From Chiloscyllium plagiosum (lineage: Eukaryota), in assembly GCF_004010195.1 (NCBI RefSeq), contig NC_057719.1:73473447-73537446 (forward strand): a stretch of DNA of 64,000 nucleotides. The letters run 5' to 3'. Made by a program: the position numbers and the translations under genes. This document shows, piece by piece, positions 59,416 to 64,000 of the stretch. A model generated the notes under the pieces. The model saw only the letters and a program-made list of their open reading frames with translations. It had not been told where the DNA came from and searched no databases. Each line of letters begins with the position of its first letter. Positions within the stretch are counted from its first letter, which is position 1.

Positions 59416-62400
59416 AACACGAAATGTGAACAAGTTCTGTTTTTCAATTGTATTGGATGTTCAGTAACACATTCACTCCCAATAAAATAAATACTGCATT
59501 TAAAACAGTTTGGGGAAGGGCAAAGATAGAGGGAGCAATTTCCTTTGTTATGTGGTTATGAATTGCAAATTGAATACAACTTAAAATACGTTCTGTGTTG
59601 GTTTTACCAAGTGGAATATGATGATATTGTTGGCAAAATAATGTTAAAATCATATTTCTATTTTGCTTGAATGTCTTAAATTCTTAGAATCATTAAACAC
59701 CCATTTATAAATGGAATTTTTAAATTGAGATTCTTTGTCGAGCCAGGTCAACAACTGACAACCACTATTTCTGAAGTTTTCTTATCTCGATGTGCTTGTG
59801 AAACTCCTCCTCTTATCAAGTAGAACAGCTTTTCTGTAATGATGCTGCCAGAAGAGGGGAACTCCGTTTTTTTCATCTTAGAATTACTTTTAGGTTGAAA
59901 GTAAATGTACTGTACTTCTTGTGACAGCTCATACAATCTCAATGTGACAGAGTGGGTGGGAGAGCAAATATGTAGCTATTGCATCAGCAGAAGTTAATAC
60001 TGTTGTAAAAATGAAGTTTGTAATATGCCAGTTTGCTGTCTATGAAATAACTTTCTGGTCAGTTTTGGACCATTAAAGTAATATTACAGGCATGCTGACC
60101 TCAAAATTAACTGTTTAATGCATACAATTACATTTTGCTCTGAAATGTTTTCTCTGTGATTTAAATAGAGCCACGAACTTCTTTAAAAATAAATGTGTTA
60201 CTGCTTCTTAAAATAGCGGTCAGAAGAATTTAAGGTTTTAACTGCTCATGAGCCAGTATCCCCAAAAAAACGGTTCTAGACCTGTTGAGTTTCATTTATT
60301 GTTTCTTTTGTATCTGTGTATTGTGCAAATAATGTTTGAAGCAGCTTGTCTTGATCATGGATGTTGGCATTAATTTTTCTGAAGCAAATAACCTAAAGAC
60401 TTGTTTAAATCAGGTAAATAGTAGTTCAGCTGGTGACTTTATTTATAGATAAAAAGGTATCACTAACATTATTGATGTGTACCTCTTCTTAAAATAAATT
60501 ACTTAATAACCTCTCTATGACTCTACAATATATAATCTGTTGGTTTCGTTCAAGAAATGAGCTGAAGACAGTAATGGTTAGCACAGTGGGTTTGCACAGT
60601 GCACTTTCTCCCTTGAGATCTGAATTTGAATCTCTCTATATATACCTCTGCTAGCTGCAAGGGCCCAATGGAATACTGATAGTCACATGGTCTTAAAATC
60701 TTGCTGACCAGTTTAAAAGTACAGTCGTAATTTTATCAGTTGAAGTAAAATGGGAAATGAAGATAAATTGCAGAATACAAAAACTAAAGAGAACAGTAAA
60801 AATCTAAACAAAACAAGTTAATGATTAAAATAGTAAGAAAGGTTGAATTAGTGAAATTCAACGTTCAGAAAAACAGAACAAAGGAGGGAAAAAAATCAAG
60901 AAAGCACAATACAAAAATGTTTGTAACTTATATCCATCATCATTTAACAAGATATAAATATGTCAGGATAATGAATGAACAGTTGATCATGAAAGTTGTT
61001 TCTCCCATCATGACATATAATTATGTTTTGGATAATGATGTTTTTATCTGGTAATCTGTTCTAAATTTTGTTTTCATTCATTTAAATTTGCATCTTCTGG
61101 CTTTCCTCTCTCAGTGTACTTTAAAACAGTAATAATAACTTTAAGCCAATATAGCTTTGTTCTTTGTGAGGAACCAACCAATTTGGCAGATTTTGAAAAT
61201 TAGACATTTAGATGCTCTGAAGCATTGCACTTAATTAGAAACATGTGAATAATTACTTGGTGCAGAACTTTGGTACTGTGATAAACAATATTGCTGAGAA
61301 AAGAAACAAACTCAAGATATGACTCTCTTCTACTTGCTAGAAGCTACATATATTCATAGCAGGGCCCTGTCATTTTCAAACAGAACACGTCCAGATATTG
61401 TGACTTTTCAACTATATGAAAAGTTGGGAGACAACTGTGTCCTGGTCCATTCCTTGTGGAAATGCTTTGACCAATCAGAGTTGAGATAACTGGTTTGAGC
61501 TTGAACAAAAGCTTGTGGGATAACACTTCGCTGGAGCATTCTCCATGGTAACACGTAAACCGAAAGGGTTTCACTTGGCAACCAATAAGCACCAGCTTCT
61601 CCTGTAGTATAAATTGTAATTCTCTTTGAAATTTGTTATTCTTGCAATTCTGTCCTGAATAGTGTAAGTTAGAAAGTTTCAACAGCATGTCTTCTTCAGA
61701 CAATCTGAAGATTTGCGGTTGAAGGCAAAGTAAGACATTTTATATAAGACTGTTGATTAGTAACAAACCATTAATTTGGTCATTAATATCTGTTATGTTG
61801 GAGACATGTAATCAACAGCTGTCTCTGGAACAACTTAGAGTCCTTTGAGAAGTGTTCAAAGTAAAATACCTGAATTTGCAAAACAATGATATCTGAGGGG
61901 GTAACACCATTCAACGTTAAGACTGAGCACTGTATTGTAGATGTAATGTTATATTAAAAAATAAAGAAATTAATAGACATTTGAAGCAAAAATTTCAAAG
62001 GTGACCACAAAAGTAAAGACACAACATTGAATAATATTATTCATGAAAAGGCACTCAGTTTAATAACTGTTCAGACTTTGAAACTGTCATAGTCCAAAGC
62101 AATATCAAACAACTGTCACTTGGTGAGATCAAATATTAAATATTATATTCCTAGTGTTCATGTCATTAAAATTAAAAAAGGTATTGGTGAGAGTTTGTGA
62201 AGATCATAAATTATTTAAGAAATATTCCTCTGCTTTCATTTAATTAAAAAGTAATAGTTTTGTGAGTCTAATCCAACATATTCCTGTTATCCTGATTTTG
62301 GATTTGCACTCATTCATTTAAAATGCTCTTCTGACCATGGTCACATTCTAATATATTCCTGTTGTTACAGGACAGTTGTGATACAACGTGTTTGCCAAAG

Positions 62401-62539
62401 CTGTAAATTTTACTAACATGTGCCATATTAGGAGGCAACTTGAGTGTAGAAAGATTATGAAAGTAGCAAGACAGAGTGTCAGGTGGCTAAGAATCAAAAG
62501 GCTTGGTGCACTAGGATATAAGGTGTAAATAAAATGTTA

Positions 62540-62900
62540 CTAGTAACCTGTCCAGCTCTGAGTTGGACAGTTGCGGGTTCAGGTCCCACTCATGAGACTA
62601 ATGTGGATGATCCAGGTTGACAGTTCAATGAAGTATTGAGTATGTGCTGCACCATCTCAAGTGCTGTCATTTATATGAGATGTGAAAATGAAATCGTGTT
62701 TTGCCCCTTCGGCATTTTTCTCCATTTCTCCCTGATATCCAGACCAATATTTATTGCCTGACCAACATTATGACAATAGTTTAGCTAGTCATTTATCCTT
62801 GCAATTGTTCAGTGTGTGCGAATTAGATGCCGTGTTTCTCTACATAACAAAAACACTTTGGCAAAAACATTTGGGAGCAGCCTAAGATTATGAAATGAAC
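62540..62900 (+). mobile_element. Old tRNA-derived SINE, probably Deu-domain type
   Basis: GGGTTCAGGTCCCACTC head and GGTTGACAGTTCAATGAAGTATTGAG..GTGCTGCAC..GTGCTGTC..ATGAGATGT, resembling the Deu domain as recalled. Confidence 0.5.
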
Positions 62901-63359
62901 TGGAAAGACAATTGGGCATCGGGGGGGGGGGGGAGGGGGGGGGGGGGGAAATAATTGAGCTATTGTGAAGGCAAAACTGAAATCTGACTTGTCTCCACTC
63001 TTGTCAAAAAATGCCAGAATCCTGGTTCCATAGGAGTCACCCCAGGACCTGTAACCTGCCATTTTTACCTGATGGGTTGCAGGGTTTGAGGTGATGAGAT
63101 AGAGCTGGATTGTGGTTTGCACATCCATGGTTCATTGAGGCAACTGCAAATGTTGAAGTGCAGCACCTTTAAACAGATCCACCTTGCATTAGGGGGCTAT
63201 CAAAACCACAGCCTGTGATATTACTAAGTGCCCTTCTAGCTGCCTTCCATATGCCAACCCCCATAACTTAAGTTCATCTAAAGCTTTACTGCCCAGATCT
63301 TAACTCTCACCATTCACCCATTATCTCTGTGCATGGTTACCTGAATTAATTTCCAACCT

Positions 63360-63680
63360 GGGGGCAGTGCATGGTTAGCACAGCGCCAGGGTTCTGGGTT
63401 TGATTCCAGCCTCGGTTGACTGTCTCTGTAGAGTTTGTACATTCTCTCTGCGGTCTGCATGGGTTTCCTCTGGGTTTCCTCTCACAGTCCAAAGATGTGC
63501 AGGTTAGTTGGATTGGCCAAGCTAAATTGCCCATAATGTCCAGGGATGTGCAGGCTAGGTGGGTTAGCCACAGTAAATGCGTGGTTATGAGGATAGGGAG
63601 GTGTGGGATGCTTTTTGGAGGTTTCGTGTGGACTAGATGGGCCAAATGGCCTGCTTCCCACTGTAAGGATTCTATTCTAT
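63360..63680 (+). mobile_element. HE1-like SINE
   Basis: CACAGTCCAAAGATGTGCAGGTTAGTTGGATTGGCCAAGCTAAATTGCCC with an ATTCT tail. Confidence 0.85.
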
Positions 63681-64000
63681 TCACATCTCAATTTTGAAAT
63701 TCTCGCCCTTGTGTTCAAATCCTTTTGTGGCCTGATTCCTCCCCATCACTAAGTATCTAAATCTCTATACTTCTCTTCTTTTCAGATACTTCTTGAAAAC
63801 CACCATGTCCTAAAACTTTTAGTTACCATCTATCTTAATATTTTCTTCTTTAGATCTGTGGTAATTTCTGTCTTTGTGAATTCTGATCAAATTGGCTAGG
63901 ATATTTTATTATATTAGCGGTTGCACATAAATGCTTGTAGTTGTGAAAACATAATGCAAAAAATAATAACGTTTTGAATGCTTGTGAAGATTACTTTGAT

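Noticed and set aside
62371..62402. Possible exon 2 for the 46.4-kb promoter (TTACAG|GAC AGT TGT..)
   Set aside because: Weak donor (CT|GTAAAT) and unrecognised peptide DSCDTTCLPK.
62920..62948. Poly-G tract (also 1478-1493, and poly-C at 12462-12478) as functional G-quadruplexes
   Set aside because: Simple homopolymers prone to slippage and sequencing error, with no contextual support.
1..64000. CRISPR array, operon or prokaryotic/viral insertion
   Set aside because: No regularly spaced repeat-spacer array and no dense intronless genes; the content is spliced vertebrate gene plus eukaryotic retroelements.

Overview
Repeat-dense eukaryotic genomic DNA, very probably from a shark or other elasmobranch, judging by many HE1/V-type SINEs and matching CR1 tails. 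It contains one assembly gap (2835-3610). One complete host gene is visible although the ORF track misses it: CHURC1 (Churchill, 112 aa, + strand). Its four coding exons are 4277-4315, 14719-14854, 15706-15776 and 17475-17567, all GT-AG, behind a CpG-rich promoter with a TCTCGCGAGA motif. A second CpG-rich, TATA-containing promoter or first-exon region of an unidentified + strand gene lies at about 46370-46940. Almost all long ORFs in the track are decayed retroelement pieces: CR1 LINEs, a second APE-RT LINE with a tRNA-like 5' head, L1 and Tx1 fragments, and GIY-YIG Penelope-like elements (PLEs) of Neptune and Penelope/Poseidon type. The most notable pattern is about 16 minimal hammerhead-ribozyme motifs in two PLE pseudo-LTR families, with visible stem covariation. 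Several sit in tiny fold-back insertions, and PLE-derived inserts in the window have 11-15 bp target-site duplications (TSDs). One 591-bp TSD-bounded insert also appears to carry captured foreign DNA. PLE-associated hammerheads are an established phenomenon; whether these shark families and mini-elements are described cannot be checked here. All calls are by eye, with no database searches, and repeat boundaries are approximate.
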